Shown: piece by piece, positions 7,669-15,560 of the stretch
Layout of the letters: each line of letters begins with the position of its first letter
Numbering within the stretch: the first letter of the stretch is position 1
From: Verrucomicrobiaceae bacterium
Lineage (GTDB): Bacteria; Verrucomicrobiota; Verrucomicrobiia; Verrucomicrobiales; Akkermansiaceae
NCBI GenBank assembly: GCA_027483005.1
Contig: JAIXVN010000325.1
Location: 1 to 32,605, forward strand
Direction of reading: 5' to 3'
Length of the DNA stretch: 32,605 nucleotides
Translations under genes and position numbers: made by a program
Notes under the pieces: generated by a model
The model's input: only the letters and a program-made list of their open reading frames with translations
Told to the model about the DNA's origin: nothing
Database searches by the model: none

Positions 7669-8973
7669 TCAGATCAGCATCAGGGCCGGCTGTTCAATGA
7701 GTTTCTTGATCTCGTTGAGGAACGAGGCGGCAACGGCACCGTCAACCACGCGATGGTCGCACGAGAGGCCGAGATTCATCCGAAGGCCGGGAACGATCTG
7801 TCCATTCTTGACGACTGGTTTCTCGATCGCAGCTCCGACTGAAAGGATGGCGGCTTGAGGTGGGTTGACGATGGCGTCGAAGGACTCGATTCCCCAGGCA
7901 CCGAGGTTGGATACGGTGATGGTGCCGCCGTCGAACTCATCGGGTTTGAGCTTGCGATCCTTGGCACGAATGGCGAAGTCCTTGACCGCACGGGAGATCG
8001 TGAGGAGCGATTTCGTCTCAGCCTGCTTGATCACTGGAGTGACGAGGCCATCCTCCACGGCGATTGCAACCGAGAGTCCGACGTGCTTGAAGTTGATCAC
8101 GTGGTCTCCCGCGAAGGAGGCGTTTACGGCGGGAACGGTCTGGCAGGCGTTGATCACGGCTTTGAGGACGAAATCGTTGACGCTGTATTTGTTGCCGTGA
8201 GTCTGGTCGGCCTGGTCGTTGACTTGTTTGCGAAGCGCCATCAGTGGGGCTGCGTCCACCTCGACGTGGAGATAAAAGTGGGGGATGGTGGTCTTCGAGG
8301 TGAGCAGCCGGGAGGCGATGATCTTCCGCATCGAGGAGAGTGGAACGATCTGGTCCTCGTCCTTGGCGACGGGCTGAATGGCCGCAGGTGCTGGGGCGGC
8401 GGCGGCAGAGACCTTGGCCTTCATTGCTGCGGCGAGTGCGGCAGCGGCTGTGGCGGCTGGTGAAGTTGGTGCTGCAGGGGATTTTCCGGCTGCTGCGGAA
8501 TCGACATCGGATCGGATGATGCGTCCGGCTGGTCCGCTGCCGACGATGCCGGTGAGGTTCACCCCGAGTTCGGAAGCGACCTTCCGGGCGAGTGGAGAGG
8601 CCTTGATCCGTTCGCCATTTGCCTCGGTGGCGGCAGGGACTGCGGCGAGGGTCGAAGTCGGTGCTGGAGAGGAGGCTTGAGTGGGAACGGTGGCAGCGGC
8701 TGCGCTTGGTAGGGATGCTGGAGCTGGGCCCGCGTCATCTCCTCCGAGGATGGCGAGGGTGCTTCCCACGGGAGCCTTTTCCCCTTCTTGAATCAGGATT
8801 TGGGAAATGACGCCTTCATCGAAGGCTTCCATCTCCATGGTCGCCTTGTCGGTTTCGACTTCGGCGATGATGTCGCCGATCTCGACCTGATCGCCGACTT
8901 TCTTGTGCCATTTGATGAGGGTTCCCTCGGTCATGGTGTCCGAGAGCTTGGGCATTTCGATGTTCACTGGCAT
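7669..8973 (-). CDS. pdhC: Pyruvate dehydrogenase E2, dihydrolipoamide acetyltransferase
   Basis: Single lipoyl domain (VETDKA), E3-binding ASPLAR..GSGPAGRI, catalytic DHRVVDG. Confidence 0.95.
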   Translation of the reverse strand: MPVNIEMPKLSDTMTEGTLIKWHKKVGDQVEIGDIIAEVETDKATMEMEAFDEGVISQILIQEGEKAPVGSTLAILGGDDAGPAPASLPSAAAATVPTQASSPAPTSTLAAVPAATEANGERIKASPLARKVASELGVNLTGIVGSGPAGRIIRSDVDSAAAGKSPAAPTSPAATAAAALAAAMKAKVSAAAAPAPAAIQPVAKDEDQIVPLSSMRKIIASRLLTSKTTIPHFYLHVEVDAAPLMALRKQVNDQADQTHGNKYSVNDFVLKAVINACQTVPAVNASFAGDHVINFKHVGLSVAIAVEDGLVTPVIKQAETKSLLTISRAVKDFAIRAKDRKLKPDEFDGGTITVSNLGAWGIESFDAIVNPPQAAILSVGAAIEKPVVKNGQIVPGLRMNLGLSCDHRVVDGAVAASFLNEIKKLIEQPALMLI

Positions 8974-9053
8974 GGAGGATAGGGGAATGAAACCGGAGGG
9001 AGGATGGGAGAATGTGGTGGTATTTCCAGTTTTTTCGCGACTGGAGTGGGATC

Positions 9054-9089
9054 AAAAGAAAGCGGCGGGAGCTGACAAGCCACCGCCGC
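9054..9089 (-). terminator. Rho-independent terminator between the lipoprotein gene and pdhC
   Basis: Minus strand GCGGCGGTGGC-TTGTCA-GCTCCCGCCGC followed by TTTCTTTT. Confidence 0.7.
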
Positions 9090-9118
9090 GATCAGGAGTA
9101 GGTGTTGGACTGCTGCGA

Positions 9119-9496
9119 TCAGGGAGCAAGCGGTTTCATGGTCGGAACCAGACCGATGTTCGGGCTGCCAACGCTGCCTTGGGCGGATGCGAGTTTGCGC
9201 ACGCCTTTGCCGGTGGTGCCGCAGCAATCGGTGTCGGGGCAGTAGTAGCGGCTGCATGTTCCGCAGAAGACGATGCGTTTCACCGTCTTGTACTTTGGAA
9301 CCTTGGTGGTGACGGTCTTGGTCAGGCCACCCTTGGAGCCAGCGACTGGAACTTCCTGGGTGATGGTTTCAGATTGGCAGGATTTGACCTTTTCCGTGCG
9401 GAATTGGGGTCCAGTCAGGCCACTGAACATGGAACAGCACGACGAGAAGCCGAGGGAGATGGCGACGAATGAAGCCAGCAAGAGGAGATTTTTCAT
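9119..9496 (-). CDS. Cys-rich lipoprotein, 125 aa
   Basis: MKNLLLLASFVAISLGFSSCC lipoprotein signal; 8 Cys including CGTC and YYCPDTDCC. Confidence 0.8.
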   Translation of the reverse strand: MKNLLLLASFVAISLGFSSCCSMFSGLTGPQFRTEKVKSCQSETITQEVPVAGSKGGLTKTVTTKVPKYKTVKRIVFCGTCSRYYCPDTDCCGTTGKGVRKLASAQGSVGSPNIGLVPTMKPLAP

Positions 9497-9519
9497 GATT
9501 GGAAAGTGTGAGAATGGAT

Positions 9520-9594
9520 TCAGAAGAGGCAGCAGCAGGAGGAAAGACCAGAGCATGCTGCGGCGAGGGTGATGAGAATCAGGAGTTTTTGCAT
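9520..9594 (-). CDS. 24-aa micro-lipoprotein ORF (not in ORF track)
   Basis: MQKLLILITLAAACSGLSSCCCLF*; LSSC lipobox; 11/24 ungapped identity with the N-terminus of 9119..9496. Confidence 0.6.
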   Translation of the reverse strand: MQKLLILITLAAACSGLSSCCCLF

Positions 9595-9653
9595 AGAGGT
9601 ATACAGGATAGGCGATGGATGACGGGGTAGGTCAATCCGAAAGACGATCCGGT

Positions 9654-10640
9654 TCACTTGATTGTTAGAACTTTCTCCACAATCCGACTCGGGTTCGGGA
9701 GTTGCAGATGTTCGATGTGATGGGAGTAGATGGCCGGTGCGTCGAGGGTGCAGACCCGCTTGATCGGCGCATCGAGATAGTCGAAGGCGTGTTCCTGGAT
9801 CAGGGTGGCCACCATGGCCGAAACACCTCCGAAGGGCTTCGACTCGTCCACAAGCACGACGCGATTGGTTTTCCTGACGGTGGCGAGAATGGCATCGACA
9901 TCCAGTGGGCGGATCGAACGGAGGTCGAGAACCTCGGCGGAGATGCCGTGTTCGGCCTGAAGCGTTTCAGCAGCAGCAAGGGCGTGAATCACCGAGCGGC
10001 CGTGAGCGATGAGGGAGATATCAGAACCCACGCGCTTGAGATCAGCCAGGCCCAGTGGGACCACGTGATCGCCTTCCGATGGGTCCGGGACCTCACCGAC
10101 GGTTCCGTAGAGAAGGGTATTCTCCATGACATAAACCGGATCGTTGTCGCGGATGGCGGCTTTGATCAGCCCTTTGGCATCGGCAGGGGTGGCCGGAGCA
10201 CAGACTTTCAGTCCCGGAAAAGCGGCAAAAAGGCCTTCTGGAATGTGGGAGTGAGTGGCTCCGACACCGGTGCCACCGTTGGCAGGTCCGCGCATCACGA
10301 TCGGGCAGTTGATCAGACCGCCGGACATGTAGCGAACGCAGGCGGCGTTGTTGACCAACTGGTCGAAGGCGACCGAGTGAAAGGACCAGAACATCAGTTC
10401 CATCACGGGTCTGATTCCCAGCATGGAGGCTCCGATGCCCATTCCGATGAAACCGGCTTCCGAGATGGGCGTGTCCACAATCCGCTTGTCGCCCCACTTC
10501 TTCCAGAGGCCTTCAGTGACCTTGTAGGCTCCGTTGTATTGGGCGACTTCCTCGCCCATCAGGACGACGTTCGGATCGCGGGCAAGTTCCTCGTCGAGTC
10601 CTTCACGGAGGGCTTCGCGGTAGGTGAGGGTGCGTGACAT
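9654..10640 (-). CDS. pdhB: Pyruvate dehydrogenase E1 beta subunit
   Basis: GEEVAQYNGAYKVT, DTPISE, DLRSIRPLD. Confidence 0.95.
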   Translation of the reverse strand: MSRTLTYREALREGLDEELARDPNVVLMGEEVAQYNGAYKVTEGLWKKWGDKRIVDTPISEAGFIGMGIGASMLGIRPVMELMFWSFHSVAFDQLVNNAACVRYMSGGLINCPIVMRGPANGGTGVGATHSHIPEGLFAAFPGLKVCAPATPADAKGLIKAAIRDNDPVYVMENTLLYGTVGEVPDPSEGDHVVPLGLADLKRVGSDISLIAHGRSVIHALAAAETLQAEHGISAEVLDLRSIRPLDVDAILATVRKTNRVVLVDESKPFGGVSAMVATLIQEHAFDYLDAPIKRVCTLDAPAIYSHHIEHLQLPNPSRIVEKVLTIK

Positions 10641-10691
10641 GAATGCGTGTGTCTGAAAGAGTTGAATTACTAGAATCGCCGTAGTTGGAGA

Positions 10692-11774
10692 TCAGTCGTT
10701 GAAGAAGTGGTGGCCGATCCTGGAAGCTGGAGTCTGGTTGTCGGTTTCCCAATAAACATCGGTCATGATGTCAGGGATGGTTGGGGCCGGAGATTCATCG
10801 GCAAAGCGGCAGGCAGCGGTAGCTTCCTCCGCGGCTTCCTTGGAGATCTGGTCTGCCTGCTCGTCGGTGAGGATTCCTTCCTGAATCAGGCGCTTCCTGA
10901 AGAGGGTGATCGGATCGTGGTTCTGCTTGTAGTTCTCGATCTCCTCCGGCGAGCGGTACTTCTTGGCATTGGCGTCCGCGACGCTGTGGCCGTAGTAGCG
11001 GTAGGTGGAGATTTCGAGAATGGACGGGCGGTGTTCCTTGCGCGCACGCTCCATGGCGATGTGGGTTTTGGCGCGCACTTCGTAGAGATCCGATCCGTCG
11101 ATCACATCCCATTCCATGTCGTAGGCTTCGGCGCGTTGGGCAAGGCAGCCGCGATAGGCGGAGGAACGCTTTTGTGAGGTGCCCATCGAGTACCCATTGT
11201 TCTCGATCACGTAGATGACCGGTAGGTCGAAGAGGGCGGCGAGGTTGAGGGATTCGTGGAATGCACCCTGATTGACGGCTCCGTCGCCGAGGTAGCAGAG
11301 GCAGCAACCCTCGCGGCCGAGGTACTTCAATCCGTAGGCAAGCCCAAGACCGAGGGGGGTTTGTCCACCGACAATGCCGTGGCCACCCCAGTAGTTTTTG
11401 TCGGGAGCGAAGAAGTGCATGGAACCGCCCTTGCCCTTCGAGCAACCGGTTTGCTTGCCGTACATTTCCGCCATGCAGCTGTTCATGTCCATCCCGACAG
11501 CCAGGGCGTGACCGTGGTCGCGATAGGCGGTGATGACGTGATCGTTTTCTCCGCAGAGGGAAATGGTGCCGGTGGCGACGGCTTCCTGGCCGATGTAGAG
11601 GTGGAGGAAGCCGTTCATCTTCCCGGCATTATAGTATTTCAATGCTGCCTGCTCGAAACGACGGATGCGGATCATCTGGCGCAGGAGGTCGATTTTGCGT
11701 TCCGGGGTTAGCTCGCGATTCACGGCAGAGCCGGCGAAATCGAGACGGGGCGAGTCAAGTTGGGCGGTCGACAT
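10692..11774 (-). CDS. pdhA: Pyruvate dehydrogenase E1 alpha subunit
   Basis: GFLHLYIGQEA, GKGGSMH, TPP motif GDGA...NN, YRYYGHS. Confidence 0.96.
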   Translation of the reverse strand: MSTAQLDSPRLDFAGSAVNRELTPERKIDLLRQMIRIRRFEQAALKYYNAGKMNGFLHLYIGQEAVATGTISLCGENDHVITAYRDHGHALAVGMDMNSCMAEMYGKQTGCSKGKGGSMHFFAPDKNYWGGHGIVGGQTPLGLGLAYGLKYLGREGCCLCYLGDGAVNQGAFHESLNLAALFDLPVIYVIENNGYSMGTSQKRSSAYRGCLAQRAEAYDMEWDVIDGSDLYEVRAKTHIAMERARKEHRPSILEISTYRYYGHSVADANAKKYRSPEEIENYKQNHDPITLFRKRLIQEGILTDEQADQISKEAAEEATAACRFADESPAPTIPDIMTDVYWETDNQTPASRIGHHFFND

Positions 11775-11833
11775 GGTCGTTTCAGGCAGAATGCGGCGAT
11801 CTTATGCTTGTGAGGGTGAATGCGTTGCAAGAC

Positions 11834-12403
11834 TTATCTGGCAACGATCGGAGAGTGAATGGACTGGCCCGCCGGGAGTGCCTTACGGGCCAAAATGAAC
11901 AAAGCCGTGAAAAGTAGATTTGCAGCCAAAAGATTGCGCAGGAATGGCCAGGTCGGTCCATGGGTCACGGGGCCAGTCCATTGCGCTTGGAGGAAACCCG
12001 TCAGATTTTTTGCGTAGAGTGGATCCATCACGAACGAGACCAGGTTGCACAGGAAGTAAAAGGCAAAGGCGGACAACGCGGCTGCTCCGAGAAGTTTACC
12101 CAAGGAATAGGAATTCCGCACCTGCCGGGCGATGAGTGCCGTGGCTCCCAATCCGAGCCCGATCTCCAGATGGTGCCAGCCTGTGATCGCATGGTTCTGC
12201 AGGAGGCTCGTGAGGGGATCTGTCACCAGCCAGGCGGCCAGCGGAACCAACCATTTCTGGCTGCCATTGAGGAACACGATGCCGCAAAGAAGGATGGCAG
12301 GGAGGGGTTGGAAATTGGGGAGGGTTTCCGGCATTGTGGCCCCAAGGATACGGAATCCCATCAGGAGGAGGACCAGAAGGGCTGTAGGTAACCAACGCTG
12401 CAT
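11834..12403 (-). CDS. DUF6580-family putative membrane transport protein
   Basis: Multiple TM segments, PNFQPLPAI motif, FYFLCN...LY...GFLQA, PFLRNLL. Confidence 0.65.
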   Translation of the reverse strand: MQRWLPTALLVLLLMGFRILGATMPETLPNFQPLPAILLCGIVFLNGSQKWLVPLAAWLVTDPLTSLLQNHAITGWHHLEIGLGLGATALIARQVRNSYSLGKLLGAAALSAFAFYFLCNLVSFVMDPLYAKNLTGFLQAQWTGPVTHGPTWPFLRNLLAANLLFTALFILARKALPAGQSIHSPIVAR

Positions 12404-12490
12404 GGGAGGAGTTTGTAAGATCATGATGCTTCGTGCGAGGGGAAATTTTCGCAGCTGGAACCTGCCGATGTTTCTCTTTAGACTCGGCTC

Positions 12491-12883
12491 ATGGACTGGG
12501 ATCATCTTGTCGAGCTGGCTTGGAAGACGCGTCTGAATGCTCACGCCCCCTACTCCCGATTTCAAGTCGGTGCGGCGCTGTTGGCTTCGGACGGCCGGGT
12601 GTTCACCGGCTGCAACGTGGAGAATCTTTCCTACGGTCTAACCATGTGCGCGGAACGGGTTGCCATTGGGGCGGCGGTGGCGGCCGGGGTGACGCGGTTC
12701 GAGGCCGTGGCGGTGGTGGCGGAGACGGGTGTTCCGATTTCTCCCTGCGGGGCTTGTCGGCAGGTTTTGGCCGAGTTTGGAGTTCCGAAAGTTCTCTTGG
12801 CCAACCGGGTGGAGCGGATGGAGTTCACGATGGAGGCACTGCTGCCCAGGGCCTCGGCGGGTATCCTCGACCGTGCGCCGTAG
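12491..12883 (+). CDS. cdd: Cytidine deaminase (tetrameric type)
   Basis: APYSRFQVGAAL, GCNVEN, CAER, SPCGACRQ. Confidence 0.95.
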   Translation: MDWDHLVELAWKTRLNAHAPYSRFQVGAALLASDGRVFTGCNVENLSYGLTMCAERVAIGAAVAAGVTRFEAVAVVAETGVPISPCGACRQVLAEFGVPKVLLANRVERMEFTMEALLPRASAGILDRAP

Positions 12884-12887
12884 GGGG

Positions 12888-12903
12888 TGTTCCACGTGGA
12901 ACA
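12888..12903. promoter_or_regulatory. parS: parS centromere site 1 (intergenic)
   Basis: Perfect palindrome TGTTCCACGTGGAACA matching the TGTTNCACGTGNAACA consensus. Confidence 0.92.
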
Positions 12904-12961
12904 TGGTCAGGACTGGAGCTTGTGATGCGGGATGGAGTGGTTTACATCCCTGACCGCTTCC

Positions 12962-14845
12962 ATGTTCCGCTATCCAAAACATTACGATGTCCTTGTCATT
13001 GGGGCCGGCCATGCCGGGATCGAGGCTGCCTTGGCGGCAGCTCGCCTGGGTTGTGAGGTGGCAGTCCTGACCCAGAACCTCGATACGGTTGGGCAAATGT
13101 CATGCAATCCGGCCATTGGTGGCTTGGCCAAGGGACACATGGTTCGCGAGATCGATGCCTTGGGTGGGGCCATGGGATTGAATACCGATGCAACGGCCAT
13201 CCAGTGGCGGATGCTCAATGCCTCCAAAGGCCCCTCGGTTCGAGCTCCCCGAGCCCAGTGCGACAAGAAGGCTTACCAGTTTCGGATGAAATGGCTTCTC
13301 GAATCCACACCCGGCATCGATCTTCATCAGGGGAATGTCGCGGAGCTCCTCGTCGAACAGGACGAGATCAGGGGTGTCAGCACCTCCCTTGGGATGGAAA
13401 TCCAGTCGCGCTCCGTGGTGCTTTCGGCAGGGACCTTCATGCGTGGGCTGATGCATGTCGGCCTGAGAAACGAGAAAGGTGGCAGGATGGGGGACGCGAC
13501 CTCGACCGTCTCGGATTCCCTGAAGCATTTTGGATTTGAAGTGGAGCGATTCAAAACGGGCACGCCCTGCCGCCTGAACGGCCGATCACTCGATCTCACG
13601 AAGTGCGAGCGGCAGGACGGGGATGAGTCCGTTCCGAAATTCAGCTTCCTGGCTGATGGCCTGATCCGGGAGAGGGAGGACCTCTTCACCCTGAATCCTT
13701 GGGGTGATCCGGAGTTCCACGTGGAACAATTGCCCTGCTGGATCACTTACACCACTCCGAAAACCCACGAGATCATCCGGGGAAATCTGGACCAGTCTCC
13801 GATGTATTGCGGAGTCATCGAGGGTGTCGGCCCACGCTACTGCCCCTCCATCGAAGACAAAGTGGTCCGTTTCGCAGAGAAGGACCGGCACCAGATCTTT
13901 CTGGAGCCTGAGGGACGACACACCCTTGAGTATTACGTCAATGGGGTTTCGACCTCACTCCCGTACGAGGTTCAACTCGAGTTCCTGCGGACGATTCCCG
14001 GCCTCGAACACTGCGAGATCCTCCGCCCCGGCTACGCGGTGGAGTATGACTACTGCCCGCCGACCCAGCTGCATCCGACTCTGGAAACGAAGCGCGTGGC
14101 AGGCCTCTATTTCGCGGGTCAGATCAATGGGACTTCGGGCTACGAGGAAGCGGCCGGTCAGGGGCTTTTGGCAGGGACGAACGCCGCTCTCAAGGTGCAG
14201 GGGAAGCCCGGGTTCATCCTGCGTCGGGATGAGGCCTACCTCGGTGTCATGATCGACGACCTGGTGACCAAGGGCTGCACCGAGCCTTACCGCATGTTCA
14301 CCTCTCGGGCTGAGTATCGACTACTTCTCAGGCAGGACAACGCCGATTTGCGCCTGACTCCTCTTGGGACGGAGATCGGACTGGTAGCCGGGGAGAGAAT
14401 TCGACGGGTCGAGGAAAAGCAGGCGGCACTCGCCAAGGCGGACCGGTTCATTCGTGAGACGACTTACGAAGGCGTGAAGCTCGATCACTGGTTCCGGCGG
14501 AGTGAGACCGCCTGGCAGTCCCTGCCCGAGAACCTGCTCAAAGAGTTCCACGTGGAACTTTGGCCGTTGATTGAGACCGAGTTTCGTTACGAGGGGCATC
14601 TGCAACGCCAGCAGCTCCAGATTGATCGGATGGCCCGACACGAGTCGAAACGGATTCCTTCCGAAATCGACTATGCCACCATTCGGGGACTGAAGAAGGA
14701 AGCCCAGACGAGGCTTGCCCAAATCAGGCCCGCCACCTTGGGGCAGGCAGGTCGGATTTCAGGGATCACCCCGGCGGATCTGGCCATCGTCTCGGTGTGG
14801 CTGGAGCGTCGCGATCGGGAGGTGGAGACTTCCAAGGAGACCTGA
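12962..14845 (+). CDS. mnmG: tRNA uridine-5-carboxymethylaminomethyl modification enzyme MnmG/GidA
   Basis: [55 protein letters not shown]. Confidence 0.98.
   Translation: MFRYPKHYDVLVIGAGHAGIEAALAAARLGCEVAVLTQNLDTVGQMSCNPAIGGLAKGHMVREIDALGGAMGLNTDATAIQWRMLNASKGPSVRAPRAQCDKKAYQFRMKWLLESTPGIDLHQGNVAELLVEQDEIRGVSTSLGMEIQSRSVVLSAGTFMRGLMHVGLRNEKGGRMGDATSTVSDSLKHFGFEVERFKTGTPCRLNGRSLDLTKCERQDGDESVPKFSFLADGLIREREDLFTLNPWGDPEFHVEQLPCWITYTTPKTHEIIRGNLDQSPMYCGVIEGVGPRYCPSIEDKVVRFAEKDRHQIFLEPEGRHTLEYYVNGVSTSLPYEVQLEFLRTIPGLEHCEILRPGYAVEYDYCPPTQLHPTLETKRVAGLYFAGQINGTSGYEEAAGQGLLAGTNAALKVQGKPGFILRRDEAYLGVMIDDLVTKGCTEPYRMFTSRAEYRLLLRQDNADLRLTPLGTEIGLVAGERIRRVEEKQAALAKADRFIRETTYEGVKLDHWFRRSETAWQSLPENLLKEFHVELWPLIETEFRYEGHLQRQQLQIDRMARHESKRIPSEIDYATIRGLKKEAQTRLAQIRPATLGQAGRISGITPADLAIVSVWLERRDREVETSKET
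13713..13728. promoter_or_regulatory. parS: parS site 2 (inside mnmG)
   Basis: AGTTCCACGTGGAACA, 15/16 match to site 1; read as EFHVEQ. Confidence 0.88.
14544..14559. promoter_or_regulatory. parS: parS site 3 (inside mnmG)
   Basis: Perfect palindrome AGTTCCACGTGGAACT; read as EFHVEL. Confidence 0.85.
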
Positions 14846-15059
14846 AGCCGCACCATGTTCTCGAAATCAACGTACCGGAAATGCTGAGACGCTGCAGGGG
14901 CATCCTGGAGACGGACCCAAGCAGGCCAGGCCAATCGAATCTGATTCTCTTCGCGATCCTTTGCCTTCTCGTTGACGAAATGCGAGCCGCCAAGGTCACC
15001 GTTTGCTCAAACAGAGAGGCGAGGTTCTTGGACCACATCCCGGTCAGACTGAAAACGAT

Positions 15060-15470
15060 CTAGCTCCAGCGATCCAACCATTCAGCCGGCAATCTCGCAG
15101 GTCTGCCCTCGGGCATCTGCACCAGGGCCAGCGACTGTCGGGCGGTGACCAAAAGGCAGTCGTCGCTCTCGCGATGCATTTCGAAGGCACACCAGAAGCG
15201 GGCCTTGGACAGGCTGTCCAGCCGTCCCTTGATTCGAATCCAGTCTCCCAGCTTGGCGGGTCGCCTGTAATCGACCTCTGTTCTGGTGAGTACGGGAAAC
15301 AATCTGGAAGAAGCCATCTCCAGGAGGTTCATGCCCATGGAGGAAGCGAGTCGGGTTCGACAGGTTTCGATCATCCGGAGGTAGGCGAGGTTGTGGACCA
15401 CCCCTCCGCAGTCCGTGTCGAAGAACATGACTTCCTCTCTGGTTTCCAAACTTGGCATCTCAATCGACAT
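15060..15470 (-). CDS. Acyl-CoA thioesterase, YbgC/4HBT hotdog family
   Basis: VMFFDTDCGGVVHNLAYLRMIETCR, VDYRRPAKLGD; start 15470 or 15458. Confidence 0.9.
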   Translation of the reverse strand: MSIEMPSLETREEVMFFDTDCGGVVHNLAYLRMIETCRTRLASSMGMNLLEMASSRLFPVLTRTEVDYRRPAKLGDWIRIKGRLDSLSKARFWCAFEMHRESDDCLLVTARQSLALVQMPEGRPARLPAEWLDRWS

Positions 15471-15560
15471 GTCGGGAGAAAAAGGCTTTTTCCTCTCAGA
15501 GTCCAAGAGATTGGAATGTTGTCTTGAGAAAGTACGAGAATCCAACGTAGAGTGGTCCAA

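Noticed and set aside
9497-9522. TGA read-through or selenocysteine fusing the micro-ORF to the downstream lipoprotein
   Set aside because: The 23-nt gap puts them out of frame; read-through ends at another TGA after 8 codons.
12404-12490. Cobalamin riboswitch upstream of the DUF6580 gene
   Set aside because: Only 87 nt, shared with the divergent cdd promoter; no B12-box seen.
12638-13096. ORF containing MFHVEH
   Set aside because: Antisense to cdd/mnmG; the peptide is just the translated parS palindrome.
14846-15059. oriC or small gene after mnmG
   Set aside because: No DnaA boxes (TTATCCACA) or AT-rich unwinding element seen; overlapping ORFs lack recognisable features. G/C skew appears by eye to alternate several times in the window, giving no clean origin switch.
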